Program-made: the position numbers and the translations under genes | Shown here: positions 22,944 to 32,955 of the stretch, in pieces | Position numbering within the stretch: the stretch's first letter is position 1 | Layout of the letters: the number at the start of each line of letters is the position of its first letter | The notes under the pieces: generated by a model | Databases searched by the model: none | Told to the model about the DNA's origin: nothing | Seen by the model: only the letters and a program-made list of their open reading frames with translations | Assembly: GCA_041624755.1 (NCBI GenBank) | Contig: JBFJUJ010000001.1 | Location: 1 to 37,672, forward strand | DNA: 37,672 nucleotides | DNA from: Woeseia sp. | GTDB taxonomy: Bacteria > Pseudomonadota > Gammaproteobacteria > Steroidobacterales > Woeseiaceae | Reading direction: 5' to 3'

Positions 22944-25900
22944 ATGAGCGAGACTCGCGAGACCAGGAAGTCCGGCGCCGACAGCGGCATCTTCAGCGTC
23001 GGCACGCCGCTCAATCCGCAGCGCGGCGGTTATGTCAGGCGGCGCGCGGACGACGAGCTGTACGCCACGCTGGCCGCCGGCCGCTACGCGCACGTCATCG
23101 CGCCGGCGCACTGCGGCAAGTCGAGCCTGATAGCGGCAACGGCCGCGCGCCTGCGCGAGGCGGGTGTCGGCATCGCGACGCTCGATCTCGCGCAGATCGC
23201 CGAGCGTGACGGCGGCACCGACGCCGGCCGCTGGTATTACAGCATCGCCTACCGCCTGCTGCGCCAGCTGCGCCTGAAGATCGACCTGCAGGACTGGTGG
23301 CAGGACAAGGCGATCCTCAGCAACCGGCAGCGGCTGGTCGAGTTCTATATCGAAGTCATCCTGCAGAATGTCCGTGAGCCGGTCGTCATCTTCGTCGACG
23401 AGATACAGACCGTGGAGCAGTTGCCGTTCAAGGAGGACCTGCTGCCGAGCATCCGCGCTGCACACAATGCGCGGATCACCGATCCGGAATTCGAGCGCCT
23501 GACATTTGCCATGTCGGGGGAGGGCGACCCGGAGTCGCTCGTCGACGACCCGGCGGTGTCGCCGTTCCGCGTATCGCAACCGATCGTGCTGGAGGATTTC
23601 ACGCGGCCGGAACTCGATATCTTCGCCCCGGAGCTTACGCTGCCGGCCACCGACGCGCGCGTCGCTCTCGACCGGGTCTGGCACTGGACCGGCGGCCAGC
23701 CGTACCTGTGCCAGAAGCTGTGCCGCGCGCTGGCGCGCGAGGCCGGCCCGGGCGACGTCGAGGCGCAGGTCGACCGTATCGTTCAGCGGCTGCTCGCGGG
23801 TCGCGCGGCGCTCCACAGCGAGCCGCACATGCACCACATCCATCGGCGCATCGTGCGCGACAAGCGCGATCACGAGGCAATGCTCAACCTGTACGGGCGC
23901 ATGCGCAAGGGCATGGACCTGCCCTGGGAGCCGGAATCGCGCCCGCAGCGCAAGCTGATCGCGACAGGCCTGATTCGTGTCGACGACGACGGTCATCTCG
24001 TGCCGCGCAACCGGCTGTACGAGGCCGTCTTTACGGCGCGCTGGGCGAATCGCAACCTGCCCCTGCACTGGCGTGGCCCGGCGCTGGTCAGCGCGCTGCT
24101 GGTGTTGCTGCTCGCGCTGCCGTTCTGGTACACGCAGCTGTTGCCGAAGCCCTACATGCGGGTGCTGGTCTCGCCGACGGCCGACCTCACGGCGGTCGCG
24201 AGCGCCTGGCGCAACCTGCGGTCGTTCCCCGGACACGGGGAGACCGCCGATCGCCTCTACGTCAGGCTGCTCGAGACCCGCGCCAGCCAGGCCGCGAGCC
24301 GCGAGCAGATCGACACGCTGGCAGCCTACGCGGGCGACCTGCCGGGTGGCGACGAGCTCGCGCCGCAGCTCGAGGCGGAGTTCTGGGACCGGCAGGTACG
24401 TACCGCCATGCGCGACGAGCGGCGCGACGAGGCCCTGGTCGCCGCGCTGGAGGCGCTGCGTGTCGCCACGCCGGAGCGGCGCCGACTGGCCGCGTCGCTG
24501 GTCGGCGATGACTACCCTGCGCTGATCGCAACCCTTTCGCCGCAGGGCGGCGGCAGGCTGCTGTTCAACGCACGCGAACTGATCCTGAGCCATGCCGACG
24601 GCGCGCGTATCTCGCAATGGTCGCTGCGCGACGAGCGCCTGGCGCCCCGCGAGCCCTGGACCGTGTCGTCACTCGAGGTCATGCCGCTGGTGCGACGGGT
24701 CGCGGTCGATCGCGATGCTCGCGTGACGCGCATCGGCTTGAGCGTCAACGTCAGTCACGCGCGGCTCGCGGACCTGCGTCTCAAGCTCATCGCGCCGTCG
24801 GGCCGCACGGTCGAACTCGAATTCGACGCGGAGCGATCGTCCGCCGCGGACCATACGGTATTTGCCGCCGAGCGCCTGCGCGCACTCCTCGGGGAGCCCG
24901 TCAGCGGCACCTGGTCGTTGAGCCTGCGCGACGAGGCGACCGGCGTCAGCGGCCACCTCGTGGGCTGGAATCTCGCCCTGAATTCCCAGGCCATCGTCGA
25001 GGAATTCGACCGCGGCCTCGATATCCCGGCGCCGGTGGAGCGCGAGTCCGACAACATCTGGTTCGGGCCGGACGGCCGCTACGCCGTCGCGCGGGCGCTG
25101 CAGAGCGACAGCGCCCGCATGTGGGATCTCGCCAATGCACGACCGGCTCGGACGATCGCGGTGCCGGCCGACGAACAGGTCGTCGGTGTCAGCGCGGACG
25201 GTCGCTACCTCGTGACGCAGGCGCAGGCGAATCTGCACCTGTGGAGAACGGTCAACGGCAGGCGCGAGGCCGTGCTGGACGTCGACGTCAGCGGCGCGAC
25301 GGTGCGTCTCACCGGCGACGGGCAGCGGCTGTTCGTCGTGCGCCGCGGCGAGCCCGAATCGACATTCGCGCTCTGGTCGCTGTCGGAGAAGAAGCGCGTG
25401 GCCCAGCTCGGCATCGCCGGCTCGCCGGCGCTGACGGCGATCGATGCCGCGGGCGCGCGACTCGCCGTCGCCGATTACGACCGCGCCGTCAGGGTCTGGG
25501 ACTTCGCCAACGGGCAACAGCTGAGCCAGTTCGACCTGCACGCCCAGGCGAGCGAGATCCGCCTGTCGCCGGACGGGCGCACGCTCGCGGTGCTGCACGG
25601 CGACCAGGGTATCTCGCTGTGGCGCAGCGACCGGCCGGACGCGCCGCTCCTGCTCGATCGCGGCTCGCATCGCTGGCAGGCCGAATTCTCGGCATCCGGC
25701 GAGCGCCTGCTCGCCGGCAGTCCGCGTATCGGCTACCGCGTCTACCGCGCAAGCGACGGCGCGCTGCTCGGGCCGTCGCTGGATGCCGGCGTGGCCGGCG
25801 ACAGCGACACGCTGCTCGCCTTCGGCGCCGACGGCGACGTGATGCTCACCGCCGCCAGCCGACAGGTTGCCCGACTGTGGCGCCAGCCGGCCGGCGCCGA

Positions 25901-26978
25901 GGGCGGCGACACCGTCAGCCCGGCTGCCGCGGTCAGCGGCCACGGCATCTGGCGGGCGTCCGGCGATTCGCCGGCGGTACTGGCGCCGGGCGGCCGCTAT
26001 CTCGCGGTCGCCGACAACGACGGGCACGTGCACGTCCTGACCGCCGACAGCGGCGCCCAGGCCGTCGCCTCGACCGTCGATGAATTGAACTACCTGGGCC
26101 ACCAGGGACCCGTCGTGCGTCTGGCCTTCAGCGGCGACGGCCGGCAGGTGGCGAGCGCCGGCGTCGACGGCGCCGTCAGGGTGTGGGAGGCAGAGAGCGG
26201 GCGGCCGCGCCCGTTCAGCGCCGACGTGGTGCGCGGGCGCTTGCACGCGATGTCGTTCTCGCCGGACGGCGAGCGGCTTGCCCTGCTGGCCGGTCAGCGC
26301 GTCACCGTGCTCGATCCCGGTAATGGCCGGGTGCTCGCGGATCTCGAGCTGGGCGAGGTGCACCTGGCGATGGCGTTCGCTGCGGACGGCCTGCTGTATC
26401 TCGGCACCGAGCGAGGCGCGCTGCGCAGCCTCGGCAGCGACCGGGTCGGTAACTGGAACCTGAAGACCGTGTGGCAGGGTCAGCGGCCGCTCAGGCGCCT
26501 CGCGGCAGCGACCGGGCGGCCGCACCTGATCGTCGTCGACGCCGGCCACGAGGCGCGCGTGCTCGATCTCGCCAACGGCCGCCTCGGCCCCATCGGCCTG
26601 ACGCTTCCGGCTGCGCCGGCCGAGGTCCTGTTCGCCCCCGGCGAGACCCGCGCGCTGTTCCGCACCGCCGGCTGGATACACCGTGCGTCGGTATCCGGCG
26701 GCGGTCTCCTGTGGCTCGATGCGGTCCGCGCGCCGCACGCGCTCCCCGGTTCGGGCCTGGTCGTGGATCGCATCGACAGCCGCGGCACACCGATTCTCGA
26801 TCCGCTCGGCGATCGCGTCCTGATGCTGACGCACGATGCAGGCTTTGCCCAGGTCTCCGAGATCGGCTTCCATCACGACAGCGGCCCGCTGCTGATCGGC
26901 ACGCGCGAGGAACTGCTCGAAACCTGGCGGCGACGACTGGCGCTGCCGGCAGCGCCGGCCGCCGCTCCCGGGGATTGA
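22944..26978 (+). CDS. STAND NTPase (AAA_35-like) with TM, proprotein-convertase P-domain and WD40 repeats
   Basis: YVRRRADDELY, Walker A APAHCGKSS, Walker B VIFVDE, WTGGQPYL and RNRLYEAVF. TM ALVSALLVLLLALPFWY. P-domain SHARLADLRLKLIAPSG...GTWSLSLRD...GWNL. WD40 GHQGPVVRLAFSGDGRQVASAGVDGAVRVWE. Confidence 0.85.
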   Translation: MSETRETRKSGADSGIFSVGTPLNPQRGGYVRRRADDELYATLAAGRYAHVIAPAHCGKSSLIAATAARLREAGVGIATLDLAQIAERDGGTDAGRWYYSIAYRLLRQLRLKIDLQDWWQDKAILSNRQRLVEFYIEVILQNVREPVVIFVDEIQTVEQLPFKEDLLPSIRAAHNARITDPEFERLTFAMSGEGDPESLVDDPAVSPFRVSQPIVLEDFTRPELDIFAPELTLPATDARVALDRVWHWTGGQPYLCQKLCRALAREAGPGDVEAQVDRIVQRLLAGRAALHSEPHMHHIHRRIVRDKRDHEAMLNLYGRMRKGMDLPWEPESRPQRKLIATGLIRVDDDGHLVPRNRLYEAVFTARWANRNLPLHWRGPALVSALLVLLLALPFWYTQLLPKPYMRVLVSPTADLTAVASAWRNLRSFPGHGETADRLYVRLLETRASQAASREQIDTLAAYAGDLPGGDELAPQLEAEFWDRQVRTAMRDERRDEALVAALEALRVATPERRRLAASLVGDDYPALIATLSPQGGGRLLFNARELILSHADGARISQWSLRDERLAPREPWTVSSLEVMPLVRRVAVDRDARVTRIGLSVNVSHARLADLRLKLIAPSGRTVELEFDAERSSAADHTVFAAERLRALLGEPVSGTWSLSLRDEATGVSGHLVGWNLALNSQAIVEEFDRGLDIPAPVERESDNIWFGPDGRYAVARALQSDSARMWDLANARPARTIAVPADEQVVGVSADGRYLVTQAQANLHLWRTVNGRREAVLDVDVSGATVRLTGDGQRLFVVRRGEPESTFALWSLSEKKRVAQLGIAGSPALTAIDAAGARLAVADYDRAVRVWDFANGQQLSQFDLHAQASEIRLSPDGRTLAVLHGDQGISLWRSDRPDAPLLLDRGSHRWQAEFSASGERLLAGSPRIGYRVYRASDGALLGPSLDAGVAGDSDTLLAFGADGDVMLTAASRQVARLWRQPAGAEGGDTVSPAAAVSGHGIWRASGDSPAVLAPGGRYLAVADNDGHVHVLTADSGAQAVASTVDELNYLGHQGPVVRLAFSGDGRQVASAGVDGAVRVWEAESGRPRPFSADVVRGRLHAMSFSPDGERLALLAGQRVTVLDPGNGRVLADLELGEVHLAMAFAADGLLYLGTERGALRSLGSDRVGNWNLKTVWQGQRPLRRLAAATGRPHLIVVDAGHEARVLDLANGRLGPIGLTLPAAPAEVLFAPGETRALFRTAGWIHRASVSGGGLLWLDAVRAPHALPGSGLVVDRIDSRGTPILDPLGDRVLMLTHDAGFAQVSEIGFHHDSGPLLIGTREELLETWRRRLALPAAPAAAPGD

Positions 26979-26998
26979 CGCCCGCGGCCGTCGCGCCG

Positions 26999-28879
26999 TC
27001 AGCGCTCGTCGCCGCGCAGCGTCCGGACGAGCATCTCCAGGCCGGCCGCCGTGGCGGCCGCCGGCGGCACCGGCGCAGCGATGCGCAGCGTCACGGCCGC
27101 GAACAGCTTGCCCGGCACGCGCCTGAGCCGGCCGCGGCGGCGGCTGAACCAGCTGCCCCACAGGCCGCAAAGGGCGAGTGGTATTACCGGCACCGCGCGC
27201 CGTTCGAGGATGCGCTCAACGCCGCCGCGGAAGCGATATACGCGGCCGTCGCGGGTGATCGCCCCCTCCGGGAAAATGCACACGAGGTGGCCGTCCGCGA
27301 GCTCGCGGTCGATTCTCTCGAAGCTCTCCTCCAGCAGCTCGGGGTTCTCGCGCGCCGACGCGATCGGGATCGCCTTCGCCGTACGGAAAATGAACCGCAG
27401 CAGCGGAACCTCGAAGATCTTGTACCACATGACGAAGCGCACCGGCCGGCGAATGCAGCCTGCGACGACCAGGGCATCGACGTAGCTCACGTGATTGCAG
27501 ACGAGCAGCGCGGCGCCTTCGCGCGGGATGTTGTCGAGTCCCGTTGCGCGGATGCGATACAGCGTATTGATCAGTATCCACACGATGAAGCGCATCAGGA
27601 ATTCGGGCAGCAGCGTGTAGATGTAGGCGGCGACCACTGCATTGAGCAGCGCGAGCACCAGGAAGAACTTCGGGATGCTGACGCCGGCGCCGAGCAGGCC
27701 GATGGCGAGCGCCGCCGCCGACACCATGAACAGGGCATTGATGATGTTGTTCGCGGCGATAATCCGCGACAGCTGATGGCGCGTGGCACGGTCCTGGATC
27801 ATTGCGTACAGCGGAACGCTGTAGAAGCCGCCGAATGCGCCGAGCAGCGCCAGGTCGGCCAGCACCCGCGCACTGCCGGGGCGTGCGAGAAACTCGCCGA
27901 CGGTACTGACGGCCTGCAGGTTGGCCACCGGCTGCGCGAAGTACAGGTCGATGGCGAACAGGGAAAGCCCGATCGACCCGAAGGGCACGAGCCCGAGTTC
28001 GATGCGCTTCCCGGACATGCGCTCGCAAAGCAGCGAGCCCAGGCCTACGCCGACCGCGAAGGCGACCAGCAGGATGGTCGTGATCTCCTCGTTGCCGTTC
28101 AGGACGACCAGCGTGTAGGCCGGCACCTGCAGCGTCATCGCCGAGCCGAAAAACCAGAACCACGATATGCCGAGAATCGACAGGAAGACGCTGCGGTCCT
28201 TGCGCGCGAAGGCGACGATGCGCCAGGTCTCGGACCAGGAGTTCCAGTTGAAGCGCAGTTCCGGGTCGACGGCACGGGTGACCGGCACGCCGCGGCTCGC
28301 GATGTAACCGAGCACCGCGACGCCGACGAGGCAGGAGGACAGCACGATGCGCGTGCCGGGATCGATGGCCACCGAGATGCCGCCGACGATTAGCCCGAGG
28401 ATGATCGCGATATAGGTGCCGGATTCGACCAGTGCATTGCCGCCGACCAGTTCCTCGCTGGCCAGCTGTTGCGGCAGGTATGCGTATTTCACCGGCCCGA
28501 ACATCGTCGACTGGCAGCCCATGAGGAACAGCACGAACAGCAGCGAGACATAGCTGCCCGCGACGAAAGCCGCCGCCGCGCCCAGCATCAGCACGATCTC
28601 GACGAGCTTGATCAGGCGGATCAGCCGCGACTTCTCGAACTTGTCCGCGAGTTGTCCCGCCGATGCCGAGAACAGGAAATAGGGGAGAATGAACAGCGCG
28701 CCCGCGACGTTTGCGAGTTCGCTCGCGTTCATACCCGCGACCTGCGTGGCCTGGAACGTCACCAGGATCACGAGGCCGTTGCGGAAGATGTTGTCGTTGA
28801 ACGCGCCGAGGAACTGGGTTACGAAAAACGGCGCGAAACGACGTTGCCGGAGCAGGGCGAATTGGCTCGACTGGGGCAC
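26999..28879 (-). CDS. MFS transporter fused to PlsC-type acyltransferase (LplT/Aas-like)
   Basis: TQFLGAFNDN, GQLADKFEK and FGPVKY in the MFS part; NHVSYVD and FPEG acyltransferase motifs. Confidence 0.9.
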   Translation of the reverse strand: MPQSSQFALLRQRRFAPFFVTQFLGAFNDNIFRNGLVILVTFQATQVAGMNASELANVAGALFILPYFLFSASAGQLADKFEKSRLIRLIKLVEIVLMLGAAAAFVAGSYVSLLFVLFLMGCQSTMFGPVKYAYLPQQLASEELVGGNALVESGTYIAIILGLIVGGISVAIDPGTRIVLSSCLVGVAVLGYIASRGVPVTRAVDPELRFNWNSWSETWRIVAFARKDRSVFLSILGISWFWFFGSAMTLQVPAYTLVVLNGNEEITTILLVAFAVGVGLGSLLCERMSGKRIELGLVPFGSIGLSLFAIDLYFAQPVANLQAVSTVGEFLARPGSARVLADLALLGAFGGFYSVPLYAMIQDRATRHQLSRIIAANNIINALFMVSAAALAIGLLGAGVSIPKFFLVLALLNAVVAAYIYTLLPEFLMRFIVWILINTLYRIRATGLDNIPREGAALLVCNHVSYVDALVVAGCIRRPVRFVMWYKIFEVPLLRFIFRTAKAIPIASARENPELLEESFERIDRELADGHLVCIFPEGAITRDGRVYRFRGGVERILERRAVPVIPLALCGLWGSWFSRRRGRLRRVPGKLFAAVTLRIAAPVPPAAATAAGLEMLVRTLRGDER

Positions 28880-28909
28880 CGCGGCTCCGGCAGCGTTCAG
28901 GGCCGCGAC

Positions 28910-28918
28910 ACTATACCA
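28910..28918 (-). promoter_or_regulatory. Putative extended -10 promoter for the MFS-acyltransferase gene
   Basis: The minus strand reads TG-G-TATAGT about 30 nt upstream of GTG 28879. Confidence 0.4.
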
Positions 28919-28950
28919 AAAGCGGCGCTCTCCCCCGTCGGTAGCGGGCT

Positions 28951-29139
28951 CTATCGCCCCGCGGCGGCAACGACCTCGTCACGCTCGCCGCCGTCGGCCA
29001 GCGGTTCGGGTGTGACCGTGATCTCGATCTCGGCGCCCAGCGCGTCGTAACTGAGCAGTCCGGACGTGTCTCCGCCGGGCGTTGCGGCGCAGGCGCCGAG
29101 CGTCATGCCGAACAGTATCGTCAGGAAGAGGGTTTTCAT
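28951..29139 (-). CDS. Small lipoprotein (62 aa)
   Basis: AAGGAG SD, then MKTLFLTILFGMTLGA/C with lipobox LGAC. Confidence 0.7.
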   Translation of the reverse strand: MKTLFLTILFGMTLGACAATPGGDTSGLLSYDALGAEIEITVTPEPLADGGERDEVVAAAGR

Positions 29140-29313
29140 CGCGGCTCCTTGCCTGGTTCGTGAGGCGGTCCGTCGGCGGCTCGGTCGCCTATTTGCGACA
29201 GTCCGTCCGCCGGCGCTGCATGCCATTGCTGGTCCCTGGAATCCATAACGCCGGAGCAGCCGGACCGTTGACCGGGATTTGCGAAGTACGTCGATCATGC
29301 CGCGCGACACCGG

Positions 29314-29322
29314 TGGTATGAT
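29314..29322 (+). promoter_or_regulatory. Putative extended -10 promoter
   Basis: TG-G-TATGAT upstream of ATG 29371/29383. Confidence 0.4.
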
Positions 29323-29382
29323 CCGCGCTCGTCGTCGCCGACGTTCGATCACTCCAAGCCAGATCTCGCCATGGGCCCCGGC

Positions 29383-30060
29383 ATGAATTGCGCAGCGCTA
29401 CACCCGAAAATTCGGCTCGTTGCGCTGATCGCGTCGGGCTTGCCGCTCGCGGTCGCCTGCAGCCCCGAGCCGCCGCCGCGCACGGTGATCGATTTCGTCG
29501 AGAATCCGCGACTGCTCGAGGCCACCATGGTGCGCTGCGCCGAGAACCGCGCGGAGCTCAAGTACACCCCCGAATGCCTGAATGCGCGCGAGGCCGTCGA
29601 CCGGCTCGCGGCTCGCGACGAGGTGGAGCGACGGAAGGAACTCGAAGCGCAGTCCGCACGCAAACGCGAAGCGCTGCGCCGCGCGCAGCAGGCGGCGGCG
29701 CAGGCGCGGGCGCGCGCCGAGGAAGCCGAGAGGCAGCGACGGGAAGCCGAGTACCTGGCGCAGTTCGGCGAGCCCGAGTCGCCTTACGCGGAGCCGCAGC
29801 CTGCTCAGGCCGGGAGCGGCCAGGCGCCGGCGGCGACCGGGCAGCCCGGGGACGCCGCGTCCGGCGCCGCCGCAGCGGGCGACGGCGCGCCGACGACCGT
29901 GCCGGCGCCGTCCGTGACTACGACACCGTACCCCGCCGGGAATCCGCCGCCTTCGCAGAGCCCGGCGACCGGGACCGAACCGACCGGCCTGGATGCCGTT
30001 CGCGAAGAGCTGCGCCGCCGCCAGGAGGCCGGCCAGCAGGGATCCGACGGACAGCCCTAG
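29383..30060 (+). CDS. EexN-like lipoprotein with coiled coil and Pro/Ala-rich tail
   Basis: Lipobox AVAC, then TVIDFVENP...C.....ECLNA, similar to IncN entry-exclusion-type lipoproteins, followed by a charged helix and a low-complexity tail. Confidence 0.7.
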   Translation: MNCAALHPKIRLVALIASGLPLAVACSPEPPPRTVIDFVENPRLLEATMVRCAENRAELKYTPECLNAREAVDRLAARDEVERRKELEAQSARKREALRRAQQAAAQARARAEEAERQRREAEYLAQFGEPESPYAEPQPAQAGSGQAPAATGQPGDAASGAAAAGDGAPTTVPAPSVTTTPYPAGNPPPSQSPATGTEPTGLDAVREELRRRQEAGQQGSDGQP

Positions 30061-30075
30061 CCGGCCGCGTCGAAC

Positions 30076-30879
30076 TCAGCGCGTTTCCGGATCCGGGCTG
30101 TCCGGGTCGCCGATGCCGAAGGTCCGCACGCGCGACTCCCCGGCCGGCTCCGGCGCGCCGGCGCTGATGGCGGGCTGCGCCCCCGGCTGTCGCGGCAGGC
30201 GCCGCGTCTGCGCGGTCAATACCTGCACGAAGTCGTTGGCGGCCGCGGGAGCCATGTTGCCCGGGCTGTCGAAGATCTGCTGCGGCGTGATGCCGGCGCT
30301 GCCGTAGAACGCTGCGTTGGCCTTGCGGTCGATCGTGACGCCCGCTCCCTCCAGGGACACGCCGGCGAACAGGCCACGGCTGCGGGAGTAGGAATACACC
30401 TCGGCCTCGAACTGGATGTCGGTTGCCATCTCGGTGTGCCGCCCGACAGGGCCCGCCGCGATGGAGGCATCCGCACCGAGCGTCAGCTTACCGGAGGCGA
30501 TGCCGTCGACCCCGCGGCGGTTCTTGAACACGAGGACGATGTCGGTCGACTGCGCGCCGATCTGCCAGCCTATGCTGCCGCCGGTGAGCGTGATGAAGAC
30601 CGGGTTGCTCCAGCTGTTGTCGTCGTTGCGCACGACGACCACACCCTTGCCGCGGCGCGCGCCCAGGCCGAAACCGACCTTGACGACATTCGGGATCACG
30701 GCGATCGCGTAGGCCCGCGACAGCAGCGTCGGCGGCACGCCCTGTTCCGGGATCTGCAGCAGCTTGTTGATGACGTCGGTCGCGTCGCCGAGGCGTTCTT
30801 CCTCGCGAGTCGCGCCGAAAGCGGGCAGCGCGATTGCGCAGGAAAGGACGAAGGCAAGCGTGATGCGGTGGTTTCTCAT
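30076..30879 (-). CDS. Lipid-binding SYLF/Ysc84 domain protein
   Basis: Signal peptide, WSNPVFITLTGGSIGWQIGAQSTD, ASIAAGPVGR and YSRSRGLFAGVSLEG. Confidence 0.9.
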   Translation of the reverse strand: MRNHRITLAFVLSCAIALPAFGATREEERLGDATDVINKLLQIPEQGVPPTLLSRAYAIAVIPNVVKVGFGLGARRGKGVVVVRNDDNSWSNPVFITLTGGSIGWQIGAQSTDIVLVFKNRRGVDGIASGKLTLGADASIAAGPVGRHTEMATDIQFEAEVYSYSRSRGLFAGVSLEGAGVTIDRKANAAFYGSAGITPQQIFDSPGNMAPAAANDFVQVLTAQTRRLPRQPGAQPAISAGAPEPAGESRVRTFGIGDPDSPDPETR

Positions 30880-31011
30880 GGCTCGAATCCGTGGTTGCGG
30901 GAGGGTAACCCGGTGGCCTGCCGCGGCCGCGCCGTTTCCCGGGGTTACCTGAAGAGAACCGGCTGGCGCGCTCAAGTTCCCGCATGATACGCGAATTACC
31001 GCGGCGGCGGC

Positions 31012-32901
31012 TCAAGATGAGCCGATGCCGGTGACGGACAGCGGCGGTAGCGGGCAGTCGAGCGAGGCGCAGATGACCCGCAGCAATTCGGCCTCGTCGG
31101 GATCGAGCCGGCGGTCCGCGCTGACCGTGTCCGCAACGGCCTGCACCAGCGTGCGCCCGGCGGCAGCGCTGGTACGCCGCAGGACGTCGATGCTGTGCTC
31201 GAGCGCCTCGACCGTGTCGCGCGGCGGCGCGAACTCCGCGCCCTCGGCCCAGCTGCCGAAAGCGGCGAGGCCGGCAGCGAAGGCGCGCTGCCGCGCGCCC
31301 GGATCCGCGTGGCCACGTTCGGCAATGATGGCGAGCAGCGTCAGCGCCGCCTCCCGCACCGCTCGTTTCGACGCGCGCTGGCGGCCACGGGCCGGGGCGA
31401 GCGCGTCGCCGAGATGCACCTTGAGCACGCGGAACAGGCAGAACTCGTACAGGTCGCGGCGACCGTCGAGCTCGATCAGGCGGCGCGCCAGGTCGAGCAG
31501 GAATTCGACGCGCTCGGCCGGCGTCTGCTTGAGCGCCGGAAACGCGATCTCCGTCAGCGGCAGGCGCCATTCCGGCCCGCCGTCGGCGAGCTGCCGGTGA
31601 TAGTCGCGGACGACAGCGGCGCGCTCCCGGCCGAGCTGTTTCGCGAGCAGCTCGAGCGCGTGTCGCGCGCGCGTCGTGTCGCGGTCCACGAACAGCGCCA
31701 GTATCAGCAGCCAGGCCGTGTCCGGACCGTGGGCGGCGGCGTACAGCGACTCCGGCAGCGCGACGCGCAGCGCCCCGGCGTACATGACGTGGCGGATCGT
31801 CGGGTTGCCGACCGTGTCCGCGATCGAGGCCGGCGCTTCGCCCGGGCCCGCCGCCGGCACTGCGAAGCCGCTGGCGCGCTCGTCCGGGCCGGCCGCAGCC
31901 GTTGCCGGCAGTTCCACGCGCGGCAGGTCCTCGGCGCGAAAGCCCGGCTCGAGTGCGCGGATGCGCTCCGGCAGCGGCGGATGCGTCGCCAGCAGCGACG
32001 ACAGCTTCGCGCCGTGGGCGAACAGCATGTGGCTGACCTCCTCGGGATCCGCCGCGCTCAGGTAGGAATGACGGCTGAAAGCGAGGATCTTCTTCAGGGC
32101 GTTGGCAATGCCGTCCGTCTGCCGCGTGAACTGCACCGCCGAGGCGTCGGCGAGGTATTCGCGCTGGCGCGAGACGGCCGCCTTCGTGAGTCGCGCGAAG
32201 AACACGCCGATCGCGCCGAGTACCACCAGCCCCAGGCCGATCATCAGCGCGGGTCCCGAGCCGCGGCTGCGCCGACCGGACACGAGCCTGCCGTGATAGC
32301 CGCCGCGTAGGATCAGCCGGCCGATCAGGCCGAGGACCATGATGCCGAACAGCACGCCCATCATGCGGATGTTCAGGCGCATGTCGCCGTTCAGGATGTG
32401 ACTGAACTCGTGGGCGATGACGCCCTGCAGCTCGTCGCGATCCAGCAGTTCCAGCGTCCCCCGCGTCACCGCGATGGCGGCATCGCCGGGCGTGAAGCCG
32501 GCGGCGAATGCGTTGATGCCGGCCTCCTGCTCGAGCACGAAGATCTCGGGGACCGGCACGCCGGAGGCGATGGCCATCTCTTCGACGACGTTACGCAGCC
32601 GGCGCCGAGCCGGGTCGCGGACGTCCGGCGGTACCGGCGTGCCGCCGAGTTCGCGCGCGACGGTGGCGCCGCCGCTGGCGAGCCTCGCGGTCTTGTAGAG
32701 CGTCGCGCCGAAGATCAGCAACGCGGTTCCGGCCGCGACGAAGGCCAGCACCCGGGCATCGGGCGCGGTCCCGCGGTCGTAGAGGGCGAACGCCACGACG
32801 GCGGTCACCCCGGCGACGATCAGCAGCGTGGCGGCGCCGTAGGCGGCGATCAGGCCGCGGGTCGCGCGCCGGGCGCTGTCCTGTGCATCGAAGAAGTTCA
32901 C
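31012..32901 (-). CDS. M48 family (HtpX-like) zinc metalloprotease with C-terminal TerB-like region
   Basis: NVVEEMAIASG, INAFAAG, HEFSH, SRQREYLADASA and THPPL. Confidence 0.9.
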   Translation of the reverse strand: MNFFDAQDSARRATRGLIAAYGAATLLIVAGVTAVVAFALYDRGTAPDARVLAFVAAGTALLIFGATLYKTARLASGGATVARELGGTPVPPDVRDPARRRLRNVVEEMAIASGVPVPEIFVLEQEAGINAFAAGFTPGDAAIAVTRGTLELLDRDELQGVIAHEFSHILNGDMRLNIRMMGVLFGIMVLGLIGRLILRGGYHGRLVSGRRSRGSGPALMIGLGLVVLGAIGVFFARLTKAAVSRQREYLADASAVQFTRQTDGIANALKKILAFSRHSYLSAADPEEVSHMLFAHGAKLSSLLATHPPLPERIRALEPGFRAEDLPRVELPATAAAGPDERASGFAVPAAGPGEAPASIADTVGNPTIRHVMYAGALRVALPESLYAAAHGPDTAWLLILALFVDRDTTRARHALELLAKQLGRERAAVVRDYHRQLADGGPEWRLPLTEIAFPALKQTPAERVEFLLDLARRLIELDGRRDLYEFCLFRVLKVHLGDALAPARGRQRASKRAVREAALTLLAIIAERGHADPGARQRAFAAGLAAFGSWAEGAEFAPPRDTVEALEHSIDVLRRTSAAAGRTLVQAVADTVSADRRLDPDEAELLRVICASLDCPLPPLSVTGIGSS

Positions 32902-32955
32902 GGCAGCCGCTCGCGCGCGGCGCGCGATCGCAGCCGGCGGCGCTGCGGCGCCACG

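Noticed and set aside
25290-25301. SGAT in the STAND protein as an ApbE flavinylation site
   Set aside because: The Asp spacing differs from DxxSGAT, it lies within WD40 strands, and a 4-residue match is expected by chance.
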